Of a stretch of 64,000 bases of DNA, positions 49,075 to 62,451 are shown piece by piece. The stretch is from Macrostomum lignano (taxonomy: Eukaryota). The notes below the pieces were generated by a model. The model did no database searches and was not told the origin of the DNA. It was given only the letters and a program-made list of their open reading frames with translations. How positions within the stretch are numbered: position 1 is the first letter of the stretch; each line of letters opens with the position of its first letter. A program made the position numbers and the translations under genes. The DNA lies in contig NIVC01003430.1 in NCBI GenBank assembly GCA_002269645.1, positions 1 through 64,000 of the forward strand, given 5' to 3'.

Positions 49075-51562
49075 AAACAGCAAGGGCAACACTTTTGAGA
49101 AGTTGAGAATGAAACCAAAAAGCCCGCCGTTTTAAGAAACTCTCTCTCGAAAAATAAATTTCCAAATATTTTGACTCGTAAAATTGCAGCTTCTGGGTTT
49201 TGGGTCCGTCAGTCATTGTCTAATTGTCTAGACTCTGTATATTAAACTTCTTGTCAGGGCTTATCCACAGAAGAAGAAACAAACACGGGCTGTAAATCCA
49301 AAGACGGTGTTCAAATAGATGTCTTTACGTTTCCTATCACTTACTACCGCGCATCTCTGCTTTTATCTTGTGTTATTCAATCACCAAATGCTATTTTCAG
49401 AACTTTAGTGCACATATTCTAATACTGACTGCGTTATTTTTCAAGTATTGTGTATCGGCAGTATGTTAATTTAGTGGGTTACGATTCACACATATATTCA
49501 TTAATTGCACTAGAGTTGTTTAATTTTGTAGTCTAACTCTGCTGGGATCATATATATTTCTAATAGGTACATTTAACAAGCAGGACAGGATGTGTGTGTT
49601 AATTTATAGCAGTAAAATATTTTGATAATTGTTGCATGTTTGTTGGCAAAAATACAAGAGTACGTGGCATATTGCATTATAACGATTCTTCCGCACAAAT
49701 GAAACGTGTCCATTTGCTTTTCCATTTTCCAATGAACAAAAAAGGTCGTTGAACGTTACGTTTATTTGCTATAGTCGTTCTACATGATAAAGCAAAACTT
49801 TACAAAGTCTTTTGTCGTCTTTCATTAATCGGATTTTCTAACTAGAAATTTTGTTTTTTTTATGTTTCCTCAGGAAAAAGTTGATCATGAGTTTAAAAAA
49901 TATAATGATGCATATATTAATCGAGAAAAATAAAACGAACTAGGAATGAAAGATTATCGTCAGTTCTTATTATTATCGATCGACTTGATTTTCGATTTCA
50001 AAATAATGGTATTTTGATTATCAAAGTTGACAACGAATTAACAAATATATTTGCACTAAAAATTTTGATAGCATCAAAATAATAAAAGTAGCGATTCAAA
50101 GCACTGAGCTTGTACTCTGATGCCCCTAACTTCCAGAGCATCGAGATTATTGAAAATTCTGTGAAAAGTTCCTGACTGCTTTCTTAGAAAGCTGATAATT
50201 TATTTAAATCGCTTGAGTTAAAGCCTTAAAGGGTGGAGTCCTGCGACTCTATGCAGGAATTAGTACCGAAGTTCTAACTTATTGATAAACTTTTTCTTAG
50301 CTTATCTCAAGTTATCTGTTTCTGTTATTTTTGATATACAAAAATTATTGTGTTACTCTGACTGATTCAAAGTGTAGCGGTGTATGTAACCCGTGGCCCC
50401 GTTATTTTTATATTCATTTTGGTTTTGGTCAAATAAAGTCTTATTTAGTTCTGCAGAAATTTCCAAGTTTATATATCATTTCCTATTTAAACAGATTAAA
50501 CAACTCTAGAGTTCAAAGAGAAAGGTTGGAAATCCAGTTGCCAACTGGCCCTCGGGGCTCAAAATCTAATTGCCAATGGCTTTTTTTGGTTGCCCATTGG
50601 CAAATAGCCAAATTCTGGTGAATAGATATTTCCAAGGCTATGTTTAAAAATCAGAAATTTGTTCTTTCAACTCTAAGATTGTTATCTATGCTGCAAACAA
50701 AAAAACTAACCATTGCATCATATTGATTAAGATTCATTATTAATATGAAATATTTATATAATATTTATAAAATCATTTTTTTTAAATTGGCAATTGGCAC
50801 AGGGAAATTGAAGTTGCCAGATTAGCCTCTAATTAATGGCAATGACTAATATTATGTTTATCCTTTAAATGTAAGATAAAGTAGATCTTTATTTTTGTAT
50901 CATTAATACTTAAATTTTTTAATAGAAGTACAAGTATATTTGAAAATTATATTGTAGATAATAATATAAGTATGAAGCATCTGCTATTCTAAAAGATTCT
51001 AAAAGTAAAATGCAAATGAAAAAACAAGAAATTTGTTTGATAGAGATAGATAGCAAATATAAATAATGTTTAATATAGTATTATTTTAATTTGTCTGTTT
51101 TTTTGTTTCCTCAAAATACTAGTTAATGACTTATATGAACATTTTAGCCTCTTAAAAAACTTCTATCATATAGGTTAAAAGCTAGTTAGTCAAGAAAGTA
51201 TTTTCTTTTGGAATAAATCCCTATTTGTTGATTTTTATGCTTGAGCTAATGTTTATAAACTAAGTCAAAAAAAATTTAAAACTCTAATTTTTAAAAATCC
51301 TTTCATAAGAAATAGTCCAGCTTTTTAAACAAACTTCTAAATAAATATAGCTCTCATAGTTTTGATTTATCCTTTCATTAATATTTGAGTAATAGTCCTT
51401 CTGTTATTTTCATATAGAATTTATATATGGTCGAGCTGTTTCTATATAAATTCACTATTTTTGCAATTGGACATGATATATCTAAGATTTCCCCTCTTCA
51501 CTAGTTTGCTTTTCCCATTTGGCACAATTGCAGCTCTCCCAGTATTACCCAGTGCAGCAACC

Positions 51563-54500
51563 ATGGGAAAGCCTGTGAGTTTTTATTTGGATTGAAAATT
51601 TTGTTTCATCAAATAAGCTATTTTTGAATAGGTTTGTTTATTACAAGCGTATAAACTTTTGAAATTGTCTTCAACCATGTACAGATCAATGTCAAAGTCA
51701 CTACTATGGATGCTGAGTTGGAGTTCTCCATTCAGTCCAATACTTCTGGCAAGCAGTTGTTTGATCAGGTAAGCCGGCTTCAGTATAAACAGTTTAACAG
51801 TCAGTTGTGGGAAAAACTTTGCACTGTGTTCAAATGAAAAGTTCTGTCAACATCCAGACCAAAATTTAGAATAAATGTGCATCTGTGCTCAACCCAGGTC
51901 GTGAAGACCATCGGCCTCAGAGAGATCTGGTACTTCGGCCTGAGGTACATCGACTCCAAAGGCTTTCCCACCTGGCTGAAACTCAACAAGAAGGTCATGC
52001 AGCAGGACCTGCCCAAGGAGGCTCAGATGGTGTTCGAGTTTCGCGTCAAGTTTTATCCAGAGGACGCCTGCGAAGAACTGATCCAGGATGTCACCCAGCG
52101 CATGTTCTATCTGCAGGTCAAGGAGGCCATCCTTAATGGCGACGTCTTCTGTCCGCCTGAGACTGCCGTGCTGCTCGCCAGCACGGCCTGCCAGGTAAGT
52201 CTGGGGTAACTTGGAGTAGAGTAGTTACATCTGGGGTAGAGTGGGGGCCATCTTGGAGTAGGAGTAAAGTGGGGGCCATCTTGAAGTAGAGTGGGGGCAT
52301 CTTGGATTAGAGTGGGGGTTATCTTGGAGTAGAGTGGGTACATCTTGGAGTAGAGTGGGTACATCTTGGAGTAGAGTGGGTACATCTTGGAGTAGAGTGG
52401 GTACATCTTGGAGTAGAGTGGGTACATCTTGGAGTAGAGTGGGTACATCTTGGAGTAGAGTGGGTACATCTTGGAGTAGAGTGGGTACATCTTGGAGTAG
52501 AGTGGGTACATCTTGGAGTAGAGTGGGTACATCTTGGAGTAGAGTGGGTACATCTTGGAGTATAGTGGGTGCCATCCTGTAGTAAAGTAGGGGCCATCTT
52601 GGAGTAAAGTAGGGGCCATCTTGGAGTAAAGTTGGGGCCATCTTGGAGTAAAGTAGGGGCCATCTTGGAGTAGAGTAGGGGCCATCTTGTAGTAAAGTAG
52701 GGGCCATCTTGTAGTAAAGTAGGGGCCATCTTGGAGTAAAGTAGGGGCCATCTTGGAGTAGAGTGGGTGCATGCAGGTTCCCACTAAAAATAGGCGGTCT
52801 TCTCAACCCCGGCCTGCTGCAGGTGAAGTTCGGAGACTACAATCCCGAGGTGCACACGGCCGGCTTCCTCAGCCGGGAGAAGACCTTCCCCATTCCCGTG
52901 CACGTGCTGGAGAAGCACAGCCTGACCAAGGGCGACTGGGAGGAGAAGATCGTGAACTGGTACAAGGAGATGCGCGGCCGCATGAAGGAGGACGCCATGC
53001 TGGAGTACCTGAAGGTGGCGCAGGACCTGGAGATGTACGGCGTGAACTACTTTGAGATCAAGAACAAGAAGGGCACCGACCTGTTCCTTGGCGTCGACGC
53101 TCTCGGGCTGAACATCTACGCCAAGGACGACAAGCTGACGCCCAAGATTGGCTTCCCCTGGTCGGAGATCCGCAACATCTCCTTCAACGACAAGAAGTTC
53201 GTCATCAAGCCCAACGACCGGAGAGCGCCGGTAAGTTGCAATGGCAAAGTAGCTAAGAGTTTGAGACAGGTGGGGTAGCTGAGGAGTTGGTAGTTAGGGA
53301 TGGGGTAGCTGAGGAGTTGGTAGTTAGGGATGGGGTAGCTGAGGAGTTGGTAGTTAGGGATGGGGTAGCTGAGGAGTTGGTAGTTAGGGATGGGGTAGCT
53401 GAGGAGTTGGTAGTTAGGGATGGGGTAGCTGAGGAGTTGGTAGTTAGGGATGGGGTAGCTGAGGAGTTGGTATTGGCAGGTAGAGGTGAGTTTGCTGAGG
53501 AGTTGGTAGTTAGGGATGGGTTAGCTGAGGAGTTGGTAGTTAGGGATGGGGTAGCTGAGGAGTTGGTATTGGCAGGTAGAGGTGAGTTTGCTGAGGAGTT
53601 GGTAGGTAGAGGTAGCTAATGAACCAAAGTCAATGACTCGAACCCCCCCCCCCGCCGCCAGGACTTTGTGTTCTTCGCATCCCGCCTGCGCATCAATAAG
53701 CGCATCCTGGCGCTGTGCATGGGCAACCACGAGCTGTACATGCGCCGGCGGAAGCCCGACACCATCGAGGTGCAGCAGATGAAAGCCCAAGCCAAGGAGG
53801 ACCGGGCCAACAAGCAGTTTGAAAAGTGAGCACTGGAAATGATTAACCAAAATGACATTTTCCATGCAGCGCAGATATGCTGTGCAGGTTGCGAGCCCCA
53901 GAGCGGCAATAAAAGGCGATATGAGAGCGCGGCTGTGATAGCAACGCCCCTCTGTACTCCCCTCTGTCTCTCCTCATTCCTGACCTGGTGGGCGGTTAAG
54001 CAGTTGACGCACGCCAGGCGGGCCTCTTGTCTCGCCCAGTCAGTCAGTCAGGTCTGCCGTGACTTTTCACCTTTTTATTGCTTGCGCCCCACTGCTTTTT
54101 GGCCCGGCTTCGTTTCGTAGAATTTTTTTCTGCGTTTTTTCTTCTTTTCTTTCTGCTTTCCTTCTTAATTTCTGCCTTCTCTTGCCCGGGCCTCGCCCTG
54201 GCAGGAGTTTGTCTCGCTTATCTGCCCCCCCCCCTGCTCGGCGCTGGGGCTTGCTGCGCACGGGCGCAGAGCTTTGATCGCCCGCCTGGGTTAGGCCTGC
54301 TGGCCTCAGTACCTCTGCTTTCCCTGCTGCTACTGGCAATCTGCTCTCTCTGAATGAGCCGGCCCACCAGCACTGCCGGCCCGCATTTCGGACGTTTGCA
54401 AATTCATAATGATTTCTCTCTGCCTTATTGTGCACCTGGCTCAGGTCCGTTAGTTCGGTCACAGGCGGCAGATACGGGACTCGGAGTGCAGGCTGGGGCC

Positions 54501-57500
54501 AAAAAGTTGATAGGCAGGTTCGGCTGGGCTCAGATAAGCCGGCAGCTGCTCAACACGCCCCTCCACCCAGCGCAGATTCTGTTCGCCATTTTTTGCCAAT
54601 CGCTGTTTCCATGGCAACTAACTAAGGCGTTGCTCCTGCGCCGGCTGGCGGCGGCCTCGCAGGCGGCTGCGTGCCAATTGTACAAGCCAAGCCAGTAAAG
54701 TCGAACATTTTACAGCGTGCTGTTTTTACAGTTTCTGTGCTGTTTTTTACAGCCGGGCAACTGCGCAGTTCCGCAGCCACCGCCCCACATCTTATTTGTT
54801 TAGTCACAGAGGCTTTCTAGCCACTTTTTTTGCCCAATTTTCTCGAGTTTTTGGAGGGTCAGGCCGCTAATTAAACATTTAAACAATCAAAGGCTATTGG
54901 AATTTGTGCAGGCTTTCTATTTTCAAGGCTAAAACTGCAAAAGCGATTCTCTTATTGTCTTGTTAGTCTTGAAGTGTGCCGACTCAAAGCCACCTGCAAA
55001 ACTTGTTTTTTCAGCGTGGAAGTTTTGGAAAGTTTTCAGCATACAATGGCTTGCTTTTTCAACAATTCAACTAATTTTCGATATTAATATTCTCGATCGC
55101 CTACTGATATCGTGCAAGCAGTAGTGCAGTTTGGATTTGATAACTATTGATTTTTGCGCGTATTTAAATTAATTAAATAAGGGTCCGTCTCGAACGCGAG
55201 CGGGCGGCCCGCGAGGAGGCGGAAAGCCGTCGGCACGAGCTGGAGGACCGGCTGCGCGAGCTGGAGAAGGAGCAGGAGAGCTACGCCAGGGAGAGGGACG
55301 AGCAGACCCGCCGGCTGGCCGAGATGTCCCGCCAGATGGAGGAGATTCAGCGCCAACGCGACGAGATCGAGGCGGCCAGGGAGCGCGCGGAGGAGATCCG
55401 GCAGCAGCTGGAGTCGCAGGTGCAGATGAGCGCGGAGGAGCGCGCCCGGCTAGTAGAGGAGAACGAGAAGGTCCAGGCCATGGTGGCAGCCAAGGAGGAG
55501 GAGGCCCAGCAGGCCACAGAGGAGCTGACCACCATGCGCTCGGAGCTGGAGACGGTGCGCAAGGACCTTGAGGACACCACGGGCCGCATGCAGGAGCTGT
55601 CCACCCAGGCCGCCGCCGCCAACTCTGCCGCCGCTGCCGCCGCTTCAGCCGCCTCTGCCAGCGCCTCGGCACCTGCCGCCTCCGCCAGCGCCGTCCACGC
55701 GGCCCACCTGGACGAGATCGACGACGATGTGGCCGGTGAGCTGCTGGGCTGCTGATTAATGCTTTTGCATTGGCTTCAGCTACTCAGGTTCTTAATAGGC
55801 ATTTTCTTCTATTGTACTACTGTTAGTAGCTAATATGAAAATATGTTTGCTTTACTAAATTTATTTTTATAGCCAAGTCTATTCCGGTTGTTGCTAAGCT
55901 GCTGGCCGATCGCTGCTCAGCCTGATGCGCATTTTTATGGTATTCGTTGCCGAGCTGTCGGCTGCCCATCATAATTTGCTTTTTTGCTTCTTCTTAGCTG
56001 CTGGAGCGGAGGCTGGAATCCGGTTTCCTGACTATCTATCCAGACAGTTTGAACCACACCCTGTGCACAGGGAACCCAAATGCACCCGAATTCCCTGTGC
56101 TACTCATAGTAGTTTCTCAAGCCAATATGTTACAATCCTGTTGCTTGCGCTATGCGTCATGATGGACCCACGGTGCACATGAACTCTTGCTGTCTGCAGG
56201 CTCTCGTTCCAGGCTGTCTTCTGCTGCTGCTGCTCGGGTTGGCGTGTCCAGGCTCAGTAACTTTTGCATTGCTGCATACCTTGCTCACTCCGCAGCTCAC
56301 CTGTGTCCTTTGTGTCAGCTTGACTCACCTCACCTGTGTCCTTTGTGTCAGCTTGACTCACCTGTGTCAGTGTGTCAGCTGTGCCACTTGCCTCACCTGT
56401 GTCAGTGTGTCAGCTGTGCCACTTGCCTCACCTGTGTCAGTGTGTCAGCTGTGCCACTTGCCTCACCTGTGTCAGTGTGTCAGCTGTGCCACTTGCCTCA
56501 CCTGTGTCAGTGTGTCAGCTCCTTCATTGGTGCAGTAGTGTCTTTTTTTTCAACTTAGGCAATTATCTAAAAAAACATTTACCGCAATTTTTGCAATTAT
56601 TGTCTTTTTGGGTTTTTAGTTTCAAACTTTTTCCTTTCAAGCTTCACACCATACCTGATGAGACTGTTTGCTGCACTTGGTGCTTCTGTTCTGTTTGTTC
56701 ACCAATGCTTTTAAGTTTAGTCCTCTTGCACTTTACAGAACTGCCATCCTGGCCGTGCTGCCATCCCGCTGAGATGCCACCCCCTCCCTGCCATCCCGCT
56801 GAGATGCCACCCCGCTGAGATGCCACCGCCTCCTTACCATCCCGCTGAGATGCCACCCCCTCCCTGCCACCCCGCTGAGATGCCACCCCCTCCCTGCCAT
56901 TCCGCTGAGATGCCACCCCCTCCCAGCCATCCCGCTGAGATGCCACCCCCTCCCTGCCACCCCGCTGAGATGCCACCCCCTCCCTGCCACCCCGCTGAGA
57001 TGCCACCGCCTCCTTACCATCCCGCTGAGATGCCACCCCCTCCCTGCCACCCCGCTGAGATGCCACCCCCTCCCTGCCACCCCGCTGAGATGCCACCGCC
57101 TCCTTACCATCCCGCTGAGATGCCACCCCCTCCCTGCCACCCCGCTGAGATGCCACCCCCTCCCTGCCACCCCGCTGAGATGCCACCCCTCCCTGCCATC
57201 CCGCTGAGATGCCACCCCCTCCCTGCCATCCAGCTGAGATGCCACCCCCTTCCTGCCACTCCGCTGAGATGCCACCCCCTCCCTGCCATTCCGCTGAGAT
57301 GCCACCCCCTCCCTGCCATCCCGCTGAGATGCCACCCCTCCCTGCCACCCCGCTGAGATGCCACCCCCTCCCTGCCACCCCGCTGAGATGCCACCGCCTC
57401 CTTACCATCCCGCTGAGATGCCACCGCCTCCTTACCATCCCGCTGAGATGCCACCCCCTCCTTACCATCCCGCTGAGATGCCACCCCCTCCCTGCCGCGA

Positions 57501-57978
57501 GCTTTCCCAGCCCACTGTTTGCCACCCCCTCCCTGCCGCGAGCTTTCCCAGCCCACTGTTTGCCACCCCTTGTACTCGTGAGAATCAAAGCTTCCGAAAC
57601 CCGCCCGCCGCCCCGCCTCAGACGAGAAGAATTACAGCTTCGACAGTCTCCGCAATGGCGAGCCGACGGTGGACCGGGAGGACATCCGCGGCGAGTACAC
57701 CCAGGAGCAGAGCGTCAAGGCCAAGCTGGAAGAGATGCGCGATGAGCTGAACAACGCCAGGTAGGCTGTGGGGATTTGCAGTAGTGAGGAGGGTCCTGAG
57801 CATTCCTGACTTTCTCTTGCCCCTGTCTGCCGCTATTTGCAGGCGCGAGGAGAAAGTGCAGCCAATCGACAAGCTGCACGAGACCAACGTGCGCGAGGGC
57901 CGGTCCAAGTTCAAGACGCTGCAGAAAATCCGACTAGGCAACACGAAGAAGCGCATTGACGAGTTCGAGTCCATGTGA
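51563..57978 (+). CDS. Ezrin/radixin/moesin (ERM) family protein, 8 exons, 597 aa
   Basis: Exons 51563-51574, 51685-51768, 51898-52194, 52823-53230, 53662-53825, 55182-55735, 57622-57760, 57843-57978 (1794 nt, all in phase). FERM domain, coiled coil, and C-terminal [23 protein letters not shown] with the regulatory Thr. Confidence 0.96.
52205..52770. repeat. 20/21-bp minisatellite in ERM intron 3
   Basis: AGTGGGTACATCTTGGAGTAG core flanked by AGTAGGGGCCATCTTGGAGTA variants. Confidence 0.95.
53268..53610. repeat. 30-bp G-rich minisatellite in ERM intron 4
   Basis: GAGGAGTTGGTAGTTAGGGATGGGGTAGCT, about 11 copies. Confidence 0.95.
54605..54618. promoter_or_regulatory. RFX X-box in ERM intron 5
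   Basis: GTTTCCATGGCAAC, one base from the classic GTTGCCATGGCAAC palindrome, in a non-repetitive CpG-retaining intron. Confidence 0.55.
56290..56520. repeat. 35-bp minisatellite in ERM intron 6
   Basis: CACCTGTGTCAGTGTGTCAGCTGTGCCACTTGCCT and variants. Confidence 0.9.
56757..57500. repeat. 30/29-bp C-rich minisatellite in ERM intron 6
   Basis: GCCACCCCCTCCCTGCCACCCCGCTGAGAT, about 25 copies. Confidence 0.95.
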
Positions 57979-58910
57979 TTCGAGTTGGCAATATCAAACT
58001 GTATTCATGCTGTGCGTTTTCTCCGTTCAAGAGAAAGTATAAATAAAATGAAGTTTGCTCTGTTTTTTATTACTTATCACTACTAACTCGTTCCCTTTGA
58101 AGCTGTGCGCTGGCTGGTCATGAATACATTCCATCAGAAATTCGTCTCTCATAAGATCTGTTCAGACCAGTGTAAACCAGTTATTTACCTGGACGTTTTA
58201 ATGCAACATTAAAAACTTTACTAAATCAGTTTTTCAGCGTAGACTAGAAGCCAGATTTTTGTCTGATTGATTTTAGGCGACAATCAGCAAATTTATCCCT
58301 GATTGCACCTGCTAGCTGCTTTGCTGATTTTCTTTTATTCTTCTCTGCCACTTTTTACCGGGTTTCCATCGGAGGGCGAACGAAAAGCGCTCTGCTCTAC
58401 TCACCGATTCTACTGAGTAGTCTGTTTAGCATATACTTGTCTAATTGTGTGCGTATTTTCACCAAGTAATTACCGATCTGCAACGAGTCCGCACGATTTG
58501 CTCACCCAGATTTTCCAGAGTACTCGTAGCTTTCATTGGCGCTGTCTCGATTTTATTGAGCATTAAAATCTTTTTCACTTCATTCCTTCACTTCGCGTCA
58601 AATCAACAAGTGCAACTTCGAAACTTTTTTATTAATATTATTATTTCTGCTTATTCAAGTTTCTACACATTAATGCTTTCGCTAGCAAAATTCTGTGCAA
58701 AACTAAACAAATATGTCTAAGCGGAAGCCCTGATTGCTGCGGTTTGTGTTTACTCCTCCGGCTCCGTGCGGATGGCTGCTTCCTTGACCACTGGCTAAAA
58801 TACGATGCGGGAGCATGAGATAAACATTTCCGGTGTGCCTTTGCTGTCTTAGCTGTTAATTTAACTCCAGTGTCCGCAGTGTCTACCTGCTAGGTCTACA
58901 CTCGGAGCAA

Positions 58911-59128
58911 TTTGTGTCCTTGAGCAAGGCACTTAACTCTGCATTGCTTCAGTTCACCCAGCTGTAAAATGGGTGCCAGCATTAGCTGGGGTAATTGAGG
59001 GTGTGTGGCGACCCCCCAGTCCCTGGACTGAACAGCCGGATCTGCCTTCAGACGCGCCGTGCAATACATGTAGCTGCGGCTGAGCTGTCGGTTGCACATC
59101 TGGCCATTAGGGCAGGTGTAATCAATTC
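58911..59128 (+). mobile_element. 5'-truncated CORE-type SINE (family 1)
   Basis: CCTTGAGCAAGGCACTTAACTCTGCATTGCTTCAGTTCACCCAGCTGTAAAATGGG; homologous to 60068-60372. Confidence 0.75.
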
Positions 59129-59169
59129 TTATTAATATTATTATGTAGTATCTAAATGCACTATTTATC

Positions 59170-60056
59170 CCAAGTATCTACCTACAGTGTCTATCTGCAG
59201 TATCTAGCTGCAGTTTCTATCTGCAGTATCTACCTGCAGTGTCTATCTGCAGTATCTAGCTGCAGTTTCTATCTGCAGTATCTACCTGCAGTGTCTCTGC
59301 AGTATCTACCTACACAGTGTCTATCTGCAGTATCTACCTACAGTGTCTATCTGCAGTATCTACCTACACAGTGTCTATCTGCAGTATCTACCTACACAGT
59401 GTCTATCTGCAGTATCTACCTACACAGTGTCTATCTGCAGTATCTACCTACACAGTGTCTATCTGCAGTATCTACCTACACAGTGTCTATCTGCAGTATC
59501 TACCTACACAGTGTCTATCTGCAGTATCTACCTACACAGTGTCTATCTGCAGTATCTACCTACACAGTGTCTATCTGCAGTATCTACCTACACAGTGTCT
59601 ATTTGCAGTATCTACCTACACAGTGTCTATCTGCAGTATCTACCTACACAGTGTCTATCTGCAGTATCTATACCTAACAGTGTCTATCTGCAGTATCTAC
59701 CTACACAGTGTCTATCTGCAGTATCTACCTAACAGTGTTTATCTGCAGTATCTACCTACACAGTGTCTATCTGCAGTATCTACCTACACAGTGTCTATCT
59801 GCAGTATCTACCTACACAGTGTTTATCTGCAGTATCTACCTACACAGTGTCTATCTGCAGTATCTACCTACACAGTGTCTATCTGCAGTATCTACCTAAC
59901 AGTGTTTATCTGCAGTATCTATCCACAGTATCTATCTGCAGTATCTACCTACACAGTGTCTATCTGCAGTATCTACCTACACAGTGTCTATCTGCAGTAT
60001 CTACCTAACAGTGTTTATCTGCAGTATCTATCCACAGTATCTATCTGCAGTATCTA
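59170..60056. repeat. 28-bp minisatellite (CTGCAGTATCTACCTACACAGTGTCTAT)
   Basis: About 31 copies between the two SINE copies. Confidence 0.96.
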
Positions 60057-60067
60057 CGAGTATTATA

Positions 60068-60372
60068 GGGGGTTGCAGCCTAGTGGTTAGAGCCTTCGGA
60101 CTCACGACTTCAAGGTGAAAGGTTCGATTCCCGTTCCCACTGGAACACTTTTTGTCCCTGAGCAAGACACTTAAATCTGCATTGCTTCAGTTCACCCAGC
60201 TGTAAAATGGGTGCCCGCATTAGCTTGGATAATTGAGGGTGTGTGGTGACCCCCCCCCCCAGTCCTCGAACTAAACAACCGTACGCAACCTTCAGATGCG
60301 CCGCGCAATAGCTGCGGCTGAGCTGTCGGTTGCACATCTGCCCACTAGGGTAGGTGTAGTCAATTATTAATT
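60068..60372 (+). mobile_element. Full-length tRNA-derived CORE-type SINE (family 1)
   Basis: A box GCCTAGTGGTTAGAGC, B box GGTTCGATTCCC, CORE-like middle, AT-rich tail. Confidence 0.78.
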
Positions 60373-60909
60373 ATTTCGACTATTAAAATATTAAAAGCAG
60401 CTCTTCCGGACAGCACGTATTGATAATTTGCACTGAGCTCAGGTCTAGTAATTTGCCTGTTTATTATCGCCTGATTTCGCATTGGATAAAATAGAAAACG
60501 GCTGATTAATTATCTACTGTAATACGAGCTGAGTGCTGTGAAGCAGAGCATGCAGTTTATTAACTCGAGAATCGTACTCAATACACACACGGTACAAACC
60601 AGGTGTGCAGGGAGCAAAAAGGCAGTTAAGCCAATGTACATACACTTGCTGCGGCCTGCACTTGTCTAAGTGAAACTGATTGCTATTAAACATGATTTTT
60701 GAAGGCCGGTTAATATTACTTGAAAGGGACTTTTGAGCGGAATAATTTTCTACCAGCAACTCATTATTTAACTTTTACAATTTTCATAAACCGGCCTTCT
60801 AAACTTTTATTAGCTACTGGTTTCTGTGCGTCCGATTTCAAAATTCTCGCTGCAGGCCAATTAAAAAGCGTTAGGCAGCAAGTCGGAGGGTAACTAGAAC
60901 TCAATGGGG

Positions 60910-62451
60910 TCACTTGGCCCTCGGTACGGCGACCTTCTTTGTCTCCTGCACCTGCGGCTGCCCAGTAGGTCGCAGCTCCTCTAGGCGGCTCTGCAAATCG
61001 TCTATGCGAACATCCTTGAGGTGCAGCAGGTGCTCCAGGCGCCGGATCTTGGCCTGCAGGATCTCAACGGTCTCATCCTTGGCGAGGCACTCCTGCACCT
61101 TCTCCTCGTAGGCGAGTCTGGTGACGTAGTCGGACTGGCCGATGTTCTGCAGGCTCTCCGACTTGCGCGGCGGCGGCTGCTGCGTTGGCCGGCCATAGCC
61201 GGCGGCTTTCGGCGATCGGCTGGGCGACATCTTGCTGACGCCGGCGCCGCCGTGCCGCAGGCTGGCCTGATCCGCCTCCGGTGCGTCTGAAGCGTGGGCC
61301 GCCTGCCGTAGTGAATGTGATTTTGTTTGCTTCCGTGGAGAAACTGCTCAGGGTTTGAGACTGCTCAGGGTTTGAGACTGCTCAGGGTTAGAGACTGCTC
61401 AGAGTTTGAGACTGCATGCTTAGGGTTTGAGAATACTCAGGGTTTGAGACTGCTCAGGGTTTGAGACTGCTCAGGGTTAGAGACTGCTCAGAGTTTGAGA
61501 CTGCATCCTTAGGGTTTGAGAATACTCAGGGTTTGAGACTGCTCAGGGTTTGAGACTGCTCAGGGTTTGAGACTGCATAGGGCTTGAGACTGCTCAGGGT
61601 TTGAGACTGCTCAGGGTTTGAGACTGCTCAGGGTTTGAGACTGCATAGGGCTTGAGACTGCTCAGGGTTTGAGACTGCTCAGGGTTTGAGACTGCTCAGG
61701 GTTTGAGACTGCTCAGGGTTTGAGACTGCTCAGGGTTTGAGACTGCTCAGGGTTTGAGACTGCTCAGGGTTAGAGACTGCTCAGAGTTTGAGACTGCATC
61801 CTTAGGGTTTGAGAATACTCAGGGTTTGAGACTGCTCAGGGTTTGAGACTGCATAGGGCTTGAGACTGCTCAGGGTTTGAGACTGCTCAGGGTTTGAGAC
61901 TGCTCAGGGTTTGAGACTGCTCAGGGTTTGAGACTGCTCAGGGTTTGAGACTGCTCAGAGTTTGAGACTGCATCCTTAGGGTTTGAGAATACTCAGGGTT
62001 TGAGACTGCTCAGGGTTTCAAACTGCTCAGGGTTTGAGACTGCTCAGGGTCGAGTCTTAGATGTCGCTACAAACTCTGACAAGCTCAGCCGACTCACTTT
62101 CTCTTCATAAAGTGACCGGTCCATCTTGGTCCGCAGCAGCAGCAGAACCCGCTCGATGGTGCCCGCTTTCGCGTTGATGATGGAGTCGATCACATCGTTT
62201 GAAAGCTCGAAGTTGAGCTTCTTGAATGTCTTCCAATTAAGAAGCATCCAGTTCTTCTTCTTCTGCTCGGTGTTGTTGCACGGGTTGAAGTTGTGCAGGT
62301 CCACCAGCCGGGGGAAATAGTGCTTCACCACCTCTGCCATCAGAACGCCGTCGCTGAAGTCGCGGGCGATGTTCTTCTTGGGCCGGGACAGCGGGATCTG
62401 GTCGATCCAGGCGTACAGGTCCTGCAGGACCTCGTCGTCAATCTCCGCCAT
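60910..62451 (-). CDS. SPEF1: Sperm flagellar protein 1 (CLAMP), 2 exons, 248 aa
   Basis: Exons 62451-62098 and 61302-60910 (phase 0). CH-like WIDQIPLSRPKKNIARDFSDG; C-terminal coiled coil KDETVEILQAKIRRLEHLLHLKDVRI. Confidence 0.93.
61345..62048. repeat. 17-bp minisatellite (GAGACTGCTCAGGGTTT) in the SPEF1 intron
   Basis: About 40 copies with occasional CTTAGGGTTT variants. Confidence 0.96.

Noticed and set aside
56644-57750. Pro-rich ORFs ([10 protein letters not shown])n and their antisense partners
   Set aside because: Translations of the intron-6 minisatellite; ERM splices cleanly across them.
59156-60090. 129-257 aa ORFs
   Set aside because: Translations of the 28-bp repeat.
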